Shown here: piece after piece, positions 1 to 9,058 of the stretch
Position numbering within the stretch: the first letter of the stretch is position 1
Layout of the letters: each line of letters opens with the position of its first letter
NCBI GenBank assembly: GCA_017470645.1
Contig: JAFUYJ010000026.1
Coordinates: forward strand, 4,372 to 68,371
DNA length: 64,000 nt
Source of the DNA: Clostridia bacterium
GTDB lineage: Bacteria; Bacillota; Clostridia; TANB77; CAG-508
Reading direction: 5' to 3'
The notes under the pieces: generated by a model
Seen by the model: only the letters and a program-made list of their open reading frames with translations
Databases searched by the model: none
Told to the model about the DNA's origin: nothing
Made by a program: the position numbers and the translations under genes

Positions 1-1
1 A

Positions 2-688
2 CTACCAATGTGTAGTGAAGAAGGAAAATTATTAATGGATGAAAATGGTTCAATAAAAGAAGCAGCAGATGGTCATGGCGGAATATTTGAATCAATGAGA
101 AGAAACGGCGTTATATTTGATATGCAACAAAAAGGGATAGAATGGGCATTTATAGGACCTGTTGATAATGTGCTTGTAAAAATGGTTGATCCAACATTAC
201 TAGGAGTTGCAATAGATAAAAATGTTTTGGCAGCAGGAAAAAGTGTAGTAAAAGCTGGACCAAAAGAGAAAGTAGGGGTATTCTGCAAAAGAAATGGTAA
301 ACCAGGAGTTGTGGAATATACTGAAATAACAGAAGATTTAGCTGAAGCAACAGATGAAAATGGAAATTTAGTTTTTGCAGAATCTCATATAAATTGTAAT
401 TTATTTAATGTCAAAGCAATTGAAGAAGTAAGCTTGAAAAAACTACCATATCACAGTGCACACAAAAAAGCAAAATATATAGATGAAAATGGAGAATTAG
501 TTGTACCAGAAAAACCAAATGCATATAAATTTGAATCATTTATATTTGATGCATTTGATATGCTAGAAGATATGGCTATACTTAGAGTAAAAAGAGAAGA
601 AGAATTTGCACCAGTAAAAAATGCTGAAGGTAATGACAGCCCTGAAACAGCAAGAAAGCTATATAAGGACTTTTATGGAATTAAATAA
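2..688 (+). CDS. UDP-N-acetylglucosamine/UDP-glucose pyrophosphorylase (UDPGP family), 5' truncated by window
   Basis: Motifs DGHGG, VDNVL, EKVGV, VVEYTE and YKFESFIFDAF of the UDPGP/UAP1-type family; frame open from the window start. Confidence 0.85.
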   Translation, partial: LPMCSEEGKLLMDENGSIKEAADGHGGIFESMRRNGVIFDMQQKGIEWAFIGPVDNVLVKMVDPTLLGVAIDKNVLAAGKSVVKAGPKEKVGVFCKRNGKPGVVEYTEITEDLAEATDENGNLVFAESHINCNLFNVKAIEEVSLKKLPYHSAHKKAKYIDENGELVVPEKPNAYKFESFIFDAFDMLEDMAILRVKREEEFAPVKNAEGNDSPETARKLYKDFYGIK

Positions 689-700
689 AATTGATAAATT

Positions 701-729
701 TGGAAACCAGAAAGTGGTTTCCATTTTTT
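701..729 (+). terminator. Intrinsic terminator
   Basis: tggaaacca-gaaag-tggtttcca hairpin followed by a T-run. Confidence 0.7.
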
Positions 730-887
730 GTCCTAAAAAAGTCAACTTCCAAAATTCGACAAATTTTAAAAAGTAATTTACAAATTTAAAAATATATGTG
801 ATAATAAAAAATAGGTATTAAATATCTTAGCATATTTAAAAAGAGAAAAAATATAATTAATTAGTAATAAAATTAGTGGAGTATTTT

Positions 888-2780
888 ATGGAAAAGATTG
901 AAAAGAATAATGAAAAAAGAAGAAAAGAAAGCCTGTATAATGATGAAACAAATAACATAATAAAGAATGGTAACAATGATATAAAAAAAACAGCAAAAAG
1001 AGAAAATAATAATGAAGACGTTCCATCAAGAAAACCTAAAAACAAAGTAGAAGAAAGAGATACTACCGGAGATACTAAGGTTTTTCAGGTTATAAGAAAA
1101 GAAGATATTGAAAGAGAAAAAAGAAAACAGGCAATAAAACAAGAGAATATAGTAAATAAGCAAAATATTTCTACAAAACATATTCAAAAAACAAACGAAA
1201 TTATTAAAACAACTAAAACACCAGATACAAACAATAAAAAAATAGAACAGCCTAAATTAAATAATTATCAACAAAAAAATAATAATAGTAACCTAAATAA
1301 TTATAATAAAAATAATAATAACAAAAATAATAGTAACAGAAATAAAAGAAGTATATTAATTGCATTATTAATAATAATACTAATTATTCTAGCTATAACA
1401 ATTATATCCACAATTTTTGGACTTTTAAATGTTAATTCTAACAAAATAGTAAAAGGTGTAAAAGTAAACGGAATTGAAGTATCTAAGCTCACGAAAGAAG
1501 AAGCTAACCAAAGGCTAGAGGAGCAGTTAAATAATAACGAAATAAATGTTATAACTATAAAATATGGTGATTATATAAGAAATGTAAAATTAGAAGAAAT
1601 AGAAGGACATTTCGATGTACAAAATGCAGTAGAAAATGCGTATAATATTGGAAGAGAAAGCGATATAGTTCAAAACAATTATAACATAATAGGCACTATG
1701 ATAACCGGAAACAATATTAACACTAGCTTTACATATAATGAAGAATTATTAGAAAATAAGATAAATGAAATAAGCCTAGAACTTCCAGGCTTAGCTTTAG
1801 AAGCCTCATATATAATTGAAGGTGATAAATTAATAATAAAAAATGGAACAGATGGATTGCAAATACAAAACCATCAATTTAAAGAAAACACAATTAATTC
1901 ATTTGCTGGAACTGAAAAAACATTTGAAATTCCTGTGGAACATGCCGAAAAAAAGGAAATAGACATTGAAAAAATACATAATGAAATTTATAAAGAACCA
2001 AAAGATGCATATTATACAATAAATCCACGTCAAATATATAAAGAAGAATATGGACTAGATTTTGCAATAAGCGTAGAAGAAGCAAAACAGTTAATATCAG
2101 AAGATAAACCTGAATATGTAATACAATTGAAGAATATGGAGCCAAAAGTAAAGGTTTCAAACTTAGATAAGGGAGCATTTCCAGATAAATTGTCAGCATT
2201 TACAACATATTATGGAACGGCAGATACAGCAAGAAACACTAATATTGCTCTTGCAGCAAAAAGTATTAACAGTGTAGTTGTAATGCCAGGTGAAACATTC
2301 TCATACAATGATTTAATAGGAGAATGTTCAACAAGAACAGGTTACAAACAGTCAACTATATATTTAAATGGAGAATTATCAACAGGGATTGGAGGCGGAA
2401 TATGCCAAGTATCAACAACATTATATAATTCAGTTTTAAGAGCAAATTTGGAAATAGTTGAAAGAAGAAATCATTCACTGGGAGTAACATATGTACCAGC
2501 TGGCCACGATGCAATGGTATCAATTGGGTCATCAGATTTTAAATTTAAAAACAACAGAGACTATCCAGTAAAGGTTGTAGCTTATGTTGGAACAGGCAAT
2601 GTAACATGTGAAATCCACGGGTTAAAACAAGCAACAGAATATGAAGTAAAATTAGAGTCAAAAACAACACAAAAAACAGATAAAAAATATAAAGTTGAAA
2701 CATATAAAGTTTTATACTTAAATGGAAACGTTGTTTCAAGAACCTGGTTGTCAACGGACACATATAAATATCATCAATAA
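888..2780 (+). CDS. VanW family protein with N-terminal low-complexity region, TM helix and PG-binding-4-like domain
   Basis: VanW signature GGGICQVSTTLYN...ERRNHS...YVPAGHDA; TM segment ILIALLIIILII; GGAG upstream of ATG 888. Confidence 0.85.
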   Translation: MEKIEKNNEKRRKESLYNDETNNIIKNGNNDIKKTAKRENNNEDVPSRKPKNKVEERDTTGDTKVFQVIRKEDIEREKRKQAIKQENIVNKQNISTKHIQKTNEIIKTTKTPDTNNKKIEQPKLNNYQQKNNNSNLNNYNKNNNNKNNSNRNKRSILIALLIIILIILAITIISTIFGLLNVNSNKIVKGVKVNGIEVSKLTKEEANQRLEEQLNNNEINVITIKYGDYIRNVKLEEIEGHFDVQNAVENAYNIGRESDIVQNNYNIIGTMITGNNINTSFTYNEELLENKINEISLELPGLALEASYIIEGDKLIIKNGTDGLQIQNHQFKENTINSFAGTEKTFEIPVEHAEKKEIDIEKIHNEIYKEPKDAYYTINPRQIYKEEYGLDFAISVEEAKQLISEDKPEYVIQLKNMEPKVKVSNLDKGAFPDKLSAFTTYYGTADTARNTNIALAAKSINSVVVMPGETFSYNDLIGECSTRTGYKQSTIYLNGELSTGIGGGICQVSTTLYNSVLRANLEIVERRNHSLGVTYVPAGHDAMVSIGSSDFKFKNNRDYPVKVVAYVGTGNVTCEIHGLKQATEYEVKLESKTTQKTDKKYKVETYKVLYLNGNVVSRTWLSTDTYKYHQ

Positions 2781-2880
2781 ACAGTCCATTAAATGGATTG
2801 TTTTTTTATTATAAAAATAGAACTCCTTGTTAATATTAAGAATATAATAATAAGAATTAAATAAACAAGGAGGTAATAAA

Positions 2881-3783
2881 ATGCCAGAAGGTTATACATA
2901 TCAAAAACTACAAAGCGACATACAACAGTTAAGACAAACCTATCCTTTTTTAGAGATAGGAAGCATAGGATACAGTGTTTTGGGAAAACCAATTCCATAC
3001 ATAAGAATTGGATCAGGACAAAAAGAAGTGTGTTATAATTCGTCGTTTCATGCAAACGAATGGATAACAACACCAGTACTAATGAGGTTTATAGAAGATT
3101 ATGCAGCTCAATATGCACTCAATGGATCATTAAATGGATACAATGCAAGAGAACTATATAATGCAGTAAGTTTATTTGTTGTACCTATGGTAAACCCAGA
3201 TGGAGTAGATTTAGTCACAGGAGGTTTACAAACTGTGGATAACCCATATAAAAGTGCACAAGAAATTGCAAAAAGTTTTCCGGATATTCCATTTCCAAGT
3301 GGATGGAAGGCAAACATAGATGGAGTAGATTTAAACCTTCAATTCCCAGCAGGATGGGCACAAGCAAAAGAAATTAAATACGCACAAGGATTCAATAAAC
3401 CAGCACCACGAGATTTTGTAGGAGATGGACCGTTAGTTGCAAGAGAGGCTTTAGCAATATATAACTTCACCCTAATCCACAATTTTAGATTAATAATAGC
3501 ATATCATACCCAAGGCCAGGAAATATATTGGAAATTTTTAAACTACAAACCAGCAATGGCAGAATTCATAGGTCAGCAGTTTAGTAGAGTAAGTGGATAC
3601 GAATTAGCAGATGTTCCATATGAATCTGGATTTGCTGGTTATAAAGATTGGTTTATACAAAACTACAATAGACCAGGATATACAATAGAAGCAGGAATAG
3701 GAGAAAACCCATTGCCAATAGAACAATTTAGTGAAATCTATAGAGATAATTTTGGAATTTTAGTTTTGGGATTGGTGTTATAA
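2881..3783 (+). CDS. M14 zinc peptidase, gamma-D-glutamyl-meso-diaminopimelate peptidase-like
   Basis: FHANEW, PMVNPDG, WKAN..GVDLN, AYHTQG and GYKDWF...TIEAG motifs; SD AGGAGG. Confidence 0.85.
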   Translation: MPEGYTYQKLQSDIQQLRQTYPFLEIGSIGYSVLGKPIPYIRIGSGQKEVCYNSSFHANEWITTPVLMRFIEDYAAQYALNGSLNGYNARELYNAVSLFVVPMVNPDGVDLVTGGLQTVDNPYKSAQEIAKSFPDIPFPSGWKANIDGVDLNLQFPAGWAQAKEIKYAQGFNKPAPRDFVGDGPLVAREALAIYNFTLIHNFRLIIAYHTQGQEIYWKFLNYKPAMAEFIGQQFSRVSGYELADVPYESGFAGYKDWFIQNYNRPGYTIEAGIGENPLPIEQFSEIYRDNFGILVLGLVL

Positions 3784-3784
3784 G

Positions 3785-3803
3785 CAGTGTCCCTAAAAAC
3801 ATC
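3785..3803. repeat. REP-like palindrome family, right-half remnant
   Basis: cagtgtccctaaaaacatc matches the right arm of the copy at 33989-34058. Confidence 0.55.
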
Positions 3804-3896
3804 TTTCTAAAAAGTTCAAAAAAAATAAAAATCAACTTGTTATATTTAAACAATTCTGTTATCATACCTATAGATAAAAAGGAAAGGATGATAGCA

Positions 3897-5621
3897 ATGG
3901 AATTTCAAGAAAAATATAACTATTGGCGCACAAGCGATACATTTGATGAAGCAACGCACCAAGAGTTAGAAAAAATCAAAGATGATGAAAATGAAATTAA
4001 AGAGAGATTTTACAAAGATTTAGAATTTGGAACTGCTGGTTTAAGAGGCGTAATTGGAGCAGGAACAAATAGAATGAATAAATACACAGTAACAAAAGCA
4101 ACACAAGGTTTGGCAAATTACATTATAAAACAAGGTAAACAAGATAAGGGAGTTGCAATTGCATTTGACTCAAGAAGATTTTCGCCAGAATTTAGTAAAT
4201 GGGCAGCATTATGCTTAAATGCAAATGGAATTAAAACATATCGTTTTGACACACTAAGACCTACACCAGTTTTATCATTTGCAGTAAGAGAGCTAGGTTG
4301 CGTAGCAGGAATTGTAGTAACTGCAAGTCACAATCCTCCTGAATATAACGGATATAAAGTATACTGGGAAGATGGAGCACAAATAGTTCCACCAACAGAT
4401 GGAGAAATAATTAGCGAAGTAAATGCGATAACAGACTATTCAACAATAAAAATGATGAATATCGAAGATGCTATAAGTCAAGGTTTATACAATGTTGTTG
4501 GAGAAGAAATAGATAGAAAATACATAGACACTTTAAAAAGTCTTGTGCTAAATCCACATGTAATAAAAGAGAACGCAAAAGATTTGAAAATAGTTTATAC
4601 ACCTTTACATGGAACAGGAAATATACCAGTACAAACGGTATTAAAAGAATTAGGATTTGAAAACTTATACGTAGTACCGGAACAAGAACAACCAGATGGA
4701 GAATTTCCAACAGTAAGTTATCCAAATCCAGAGGATCCAAAAGCGTTTACTCTAGCACTTGAATTAGCTAAAAAAGTAGATGCAGATATTATACTAGCAA
4801 ATGATCCGGATGCAGACAGATTAGGAGTATTTGTAAAGAAACCAAACAGTGATCCAGCTGAATATGAAATGTTTACAGGAAACATGTCAGCATTATTTAT
4901 AGCAGAATATGAACTATCACAAAAGAAAGAAAAAGGAATATTACCTGAAAACGGAGCAATGGTTACAACAGTCGTTTCATCAGACTTAACAAAAGCAATG
5001 GCAAAAGAATATAATATGAAACTATTTGAAGTATTAACAGGATTCAAATGGATAGGAGAAAAAATAAAACAATTTGAAGCAAATGGAGACTATAAATACG
5101 TATTTGGATTCGAAGAAAGCTATGGATGCTTAGTTGGAACACATGCAAGAGATAAAGATGGAATAGTAGCTGTAATGGCAACTTGTGAAGCTGCAGCATA
5201 TTATAAATCAAAAGGAATAAGTGCGTTTGAGCAAATGGATAATATCTACAAAAAATACGGATATTATAAAGAAGGTCAAATAGCACTAACATTTAAAGGA
5301 ATTGAAGGTGCAGAGAAAATAAAATCTATAATGGATAAATTACGTAGCAATCCACCAACAGAGTTAGCAGGATTAAAAGTGCTAGAGTTCAGAGATTATC
5401 AAGCAAATATAGTAAAAGACATAGCAACAGGAGCAACAAAAGAAACAGGATTGCCAAAATCAAATGTGTTATACTTTGATTTAGAAAACTCAAGCTGGTG
5501 TTGTGTACGTCCATCAGGAACAGAACCAAAAATCAAATTCTATTGTGGAGTTTGTACAGACAGTGCAGAAAAATCTAGTAAACAACTAGAAGCATTAAAG
5601 GAGCATTGGGGAAACATTTAA
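3897..5621 (+). CDS. pgm: Phosphoglucomutase/phosphomannomutase
   Basis: FGTAGLRG, TASHNP catalytic Ser loop, DPDADR, FEES and RPSGTEPKIK motifs. Confidence 0.92.
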   Translation: MEFQEKYNYWRTSDTFDEATHQELEKIKDDENEIKERFYKDLEFGTAGLRGVIGAGTNRMNKYTVTKATQGLANYIIKQGKQDKGVAIAFDSRRFSPEFSKWAALCLNANGIKTYRFDTLRPTPVLSFAVRELGCVAGIVVTASHNPPEYNGYKVYWEDGAQIVPPTDGEIISEVNAITDYSTIKMMNIEDAISQGLYNVVGEEIDRKYIDTLKSLVLNPHVIKENAKDLKIVYTPLHGTGNIPVQTVLKELGFENLYVVPEQEQPDGEFPTVSYPNPEDPKAFTLALELAKKVDADIILANDPDADRLGVFVKKPNSDPAEYEMFTGNMSALFIAEYELSQKKEKGILPENGAMVTTVVSSDLTKAMAKEYNMKLFEVLTGFKWIGEKIKQFEANGDYKYVFGFEESYGCLVGTHARDKDGIVAVMATCEAAAYYKSKGISAFEQMDNIYKKYGYYKEGQIALTFKGIEGAEKIKSIMDKLRSNPPTELAGLKVLEFRDYQANIVKDIATGATKETGLPKSNVLYFDLENSSWCCVRPSGTEPKIKFYCGVCTDSAEKSSKQLEALKEHWGNI

Positions 5622-5644
5622 AAAAGTGTTAAAAAATGATATAA

Positions 5645-5676
5645 AAAAGATAGTAAGGAAAATTACTATCTTTTTT
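5645..5676 (+). terminator. Intrinsic terminator
   Basis: aaaagatagtaa...ttactatctttttt hairpin after pgm. Confidence 0.6.
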
Positions 5677-5773
5677 ATTAACAAGTTTGTTTTAAATTTG
5701 AATAAATTTCCTTGTTTTGGAAAAAATGTAGTGATATAATTCAAGCAGAAAAAACGAAAGGAGAATTTTGAAA

Positions 5774-7177
5774 ATGTCAGATGCAACTAAATTAAAAGAA
5801 AAACTATTCAACCAAAAGAAAAATGGTTGGGAAGGCTTAACAGAAAAGCACAGAAATGAAATATTCAACTATTGCAACGGATATATGGGATACCTAAACA
5901 AAGGTAAAACAGAAAGAGAAATAGTAAAAACATCTAAAGAGATGGCAGAAAAAGCGGGATTTAAGGACATAAACACAAAGAAAACACTAAAACCTGGGGA
6001 TAAAATCTACTATATAAACAGAGAAAAAAATATATACTTAGCAGTAATTGGAAAAGAACCAATAGAGAATGGATTACACATAATAGGAGCACACGCGGAT
6101 TCACCACGTTTAGACTTAAAACCAAACCCATTATATGAAGATGGAGAATTTGCATATTTAAAAACACACTACTATGGAGGAATAAAAAAATATCAATGGA
6201 CAACAATTCCACTAGCAATTCATGGAGTTATAGTAAAATCTAATGGTGAAAAAATAGAAATATGCATTGGTGAAGATGAAATGGATCCAATCTTCACAAT
6301 AACAGATTTATTACCACACTTAGCACAAGAACAAATGGAAAGAAAATTAAAAGAAGGCGTAAAAGGCGAAGATTTAAATCTTTTAATAGGAAGTATACCA
6401 TATGACGATAAAGAAGTATCAGAAAAAGTAAAACTAAACATATTAAATATTTTAAACGAAAAATATGGAATTACCGAAATAGACTTCTTAAGCTCAGAAA
6501 TTGAGCTAGTACCAGCATTTAAAGCACGTACACTTGGATTCGACAACAGCATGGTAGCAGCATATGGTCAAGACGACAAAATATGTGTATACACATCATT
6601 AACAGCAATACTAGAAGTAGAAAACCCAACAAATACAGCAGTATGTATGATAGTTGACAAAGAAGAAATAGGAAGCATGGGAAATACAGGAATGGAATCA
6701 CATGTGTTCGACACATTTATTTCAGAAATATTAAATAAAATGAATGTAAATAAACCAAACCTATTAGACAAAGTATTTGTAAATTCAAAAATGTTATCAG
6801 CAGACGTAGATGCAGGGTTTGATCCTATATACGCATCAGCATCTGAAAGAAATAATTCAGCATTCCTAGGAAGAGGAGTTGGAGTAAACAAATACACAGG
6901 AGCAAGAGGAAAATCTGGAGCTTCAGATGCAAATGCAGAATTTGTTGCGTGGGTACGAAATTTATTAGAAACAAATGATATAAGATATCAGATATCAGAA
7001 CTAGGTAGAGTTGACCTAGGTGGTGGGGGAACAATTGCGTACATCTTGGCTAATAAGGGAATGGATGTAATAGATTGTGGTGTTCCGGTGCTTTCAATGC
7101 ATGCACCTTATGAGGTTACAAGTAAGTTTGACGTATATTCTGCTTATAAAATGTATAAAGCGTTTTTTGAGAACTAG
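5774..7177 (+). CDS. apeA: M18 family aminopeptidase
   Basis: AHADSPRLDLKP, YYGGIKKYQW, GQDDK, DKEEIGS, LSADV and SMHAPYE motifs. Confidence 0.88.
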   Translation: MSDATKLKEKLFNQKKNGWEGLTEKHRNEIFNYCNGYMGYLNKGKTEREIVKTSKEMAEKAGFKDINTKKTLKPGDKIYYINREKNIYLAVIGKEPIENGLHIIGAHADSPRLDLKPNPLYEDGEFAYLKTHYYGGIKKYQWTTIPLAIHGVIVKSNGEKIEICIGEDEMDPIFTITDLLPHLAQEQMERKLKEGVKGEDLNLLIGSIPYDDKEVSEKVKLNILNILNEKYGITEIDFLSSEIELVPAFKARTLGFDNSMVAAYGQDDKICVYTSLTAILEVENPTNTAVCMIVDKEEIGSMGNTGMESHVFDTFISEILNKMNVNKPNLLDKVFVNSKMLSADVDAGFDPIYASASERNNSAFLGRGVGVNKYTGARGKSGASDANAEFVAWVRNLLETNDIRYQISELGRVDLGGGGTIAYILANKGMDVIDCGVPVLSMHAPYEVTSKFDVYSAYKMYKAFFEN

Positions 7178-7180
7178 GAT

Positions 7181-7282
7181 GAAACTTTTGGGGACACTGA
7201 TAAAATGTCTCAGAGAGGGGTTAGTTGATTTTAGGAGACTAACCCCTCTCTGAGACATTTTATCAGTGTCCCCAAAAGTTTC
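7181..7282. repeat. REP/REPIN-like palindrome with perfect 45-bp arms
   Basis: 7181-7225 is the exact reverse complement of 7238-7282; 12-nt loop; GAAACTTTTGGGGACAC end shared with other copies. Confidence 0.9.
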
Positions 7283-7362
7283 AAAAGGTTTCTTCATAAT
7301 AGTTAAAAATTGGTTTGAAAAGCTTAAATCAATAAATCCCTAACAAAAATCGAAACAGAAAT

Positions 7363-7443
7363 ATTACAAAAATGTTACAAAAATATTACAAAATCATTAA
7401 ATTTTTAAAACTACTTGTCAAAAATTGTCGGAGGTGTTATTCT
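7363..7443 (+). promoter_or_regulatory. Triple direct-repeat operator (ATTACA-N5-GTTACA-N5-ATTACA) plus sigma-A-like promoter
   Basis: Repeats at 7363, 7374 and 7385 with 11-bp period; TTGTCA(7415)-N17-TATTCT(7438) downstream. Confidence 0.55.
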
Positions 7444-7474
7444 AAATTCAGGAGCACGATGAAAGGAAAATGTT

Positions 7475-8089
7475 ATGGAGGAAAAAATTAAACAAATGAA
7501 AAATGAAAACAATAATAACTCAAACAATAACAACCAAAAAAACATCAAAGCTAGAAAAGTATTTTTACAAATAGTTATAGTTGTATTTTCACTAACAGTA
7601 TTAATTTTATCACTAATTACATTAGCCTCAACAGTAAAAGCACAAGGAAACTTAGCATTTGGAAGATACAGATTCTATATAATGCGAGCTGAATCACAAC
7701 CTAATATTGCTAAGGTTGGAGATTTGGTTATAGCACAAAAACTAGATGCTGGTCAACTAAAAGTTGGAGATAACATTGTTTATGGTGGTAAAGAAGTTTA
7801 TTATTGTGACAACATTGTACAAATTAAGAAGACAAACATTGTAAACAAGCTTATAACAGCAGAAAGCAATGGAATAAGTTACCAATTTGATGAAACTGAA
7901 ATATCAGGAAAAGTTGTAAAAACAATCCCTAAACTTGGAAACATTATAGCCTTTTTACGAACTCCAGTTGGGATAGTATTTTTTATACTATTCATAATAT
8001 GCTTATTCGCACTACTAAGAATTTTAATCACTTATAATAAAGATGATGACAAATATGATAACAACAAAGAACCAGAACAAGCAAAATAA
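7475..8089 (+). CDS. SipW-like signal peptidase I homolog, catalytically degenerate
   Basis: Same layout as 9843-10433 (TM, FG.Y...., GDL.I, ITA, V.GKV, TM) but MRAESQP replaces MSGSMEP and YYCDNI replaces TVHRI. Confidence 0.65.
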   Translation: MEEKIKQMKNENNNNSNNNNQKNIKARKVFLQIVIVVFSLTVLILSLITLASTVKAQGNLAFGRYRFYIMRAESQPNIAKVGDLVIAQKLDAGQLKVGDNIVYGGKEVYYCDNIVQIKKTNIVNKLITAESNGISYQFDETEISGKVVKTIPKLGNIIAFLRTPVGIVFFILFIICLFALLRILITYNKDDDKYDNNKEPEQAK

Positions 8090-8163
8090 TTATCGGTAAT
8101 ACTTAAAATATGCATAATATTTTAATATTATAAATAGTTCAACTGGAAAGGGGGGAAATCGAA

Positions 8164-8919
8164 ATGGAAAACCAAAACAAGAAAAATAATGCTGGAACAA
8201 TTGCTTTAGTTGTTTTACTTTTAATAGTAACAATAGCTGCTTTAATCCTAGCTACATATGCATGGGCTAAATATTCAGCTACACCAGAAGTAAATACTGC
8301 TACAGCAAATGTTGCACATTGGAATGTTTCATTAGGATCTAATAATTCTAGCTTCGTTCAAACATATAACCACGTAGTTAATACAAAAATAGCACCTGGT
8401 ACAAAAGGAAGCTTTGAAGTTGAAATTAGTGGTTTAGCTGATACAGAAGTTTGTGTTGCATATCAAGTTACATTAGATAGCGTTACATTTACACCAGGTA
8501 GTTCAATATCACACTTAAAATTCTTTAAAGAAGCTTCATATGAAAATGAAATAGTACCTAATGGTACAAGTGGTTCAAATATTGCTTTCGCAGGAACAAT
8601 TGATTTAGATGATCATGAAGGTACACCAGCTAACAATGCAGCTAACGATGTTAATACTGTTGGGGCAAAGGGAACAGTTACAGATGGTAAATTAACAAAA
8701 ACAATTTACTGGGTATGGCCATATGACTATGATGAAGCAAATAACATTACTGCATATCAAGGTAATATAGAAGCTACACCAGAAGCATATGATGCAACAG
8801 ATACAGCTGTTGGAGAAGGTGGAGTAACATCTATGTCTTTAGCTTTCACAGTTAAAGCATGGCAAGTTGATCCAGGAGCTTCTGACGGAGCTAATAACAC
8901 AGCTACAACAAATAAATAA
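8164..8919 (+). CDS. SipW-cognate secreted protein (TasA/CalY-like), probable major subunit
   Basis: Signal ...LILATYAWAKY; KIAPGT and YWVWPYD motifs; codons typical of high expression (gct, ttc, aac, cac). Confidence 0.65.
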   Translation: MENQNKKNNAGTIALVVLLLIVTIAALILATYAWAKYSATPEVNTATANVAHWNVSLGSNNSSFVQTYNHVVNTKIAPGTKGSFEVEISGLADTEVCVAYQVTLDSVTFTPGSSISHLKFFKEASYENEIVPNGTSGSNIAFAGTIDLDDHEGTPANNAANDVNTVGAKGTVTDGKLTKTIYWVWPYDYDEANNITAYQGNIEATPEAYDATDTAVGEGGVTSMSLAFTVKAWQVDPGASDGANNTATTNK

Positions 8920-8939
8920 TAGTTATTACAAAATATAAC

Positions 8940-9004
8940 CATGAGGGATTAGCCCTCATGAAAGAATATATGAAAGAGTATATTCTTTCATGAAGGCTAA
9001 TTTT
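8940..9004 (+). terminator. Intra-operon hairpin(s), attenuator or mRNA stabiliser
   Basis: 22-bp arms 8949-8970 and 8979-9000 (21/22 match) plus TTTT; competing hairpin 8940-8960. Confidence 0.6.
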
Positions 9005-9058
9005 AAAATTAAGAGAAAAAATGTAAAAATAACCCATATTAAGAAAGAAGGGAAGAAT

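Noticed and set aside
755-761. Spo0A regulon inferred from TTCGACA/TGTCGAA heptamers (755, 13652, 56823)
   Set aside because: Suggestive intergenic positions, but single 7-mers are too weak and similar matches occur inside coding regions
1250-1345. Asn-rich tract in the VanW protein
   Set aside because: Ordinary low-complexity sequence in an AT-rich genome
7094-7297. Short ORFs containing FGDTDK/LGTLTKS (also 10904, 37997, 38272, 40855)
   Set aside because: Translations of the REP-like repeat; no SD or other coding evidence
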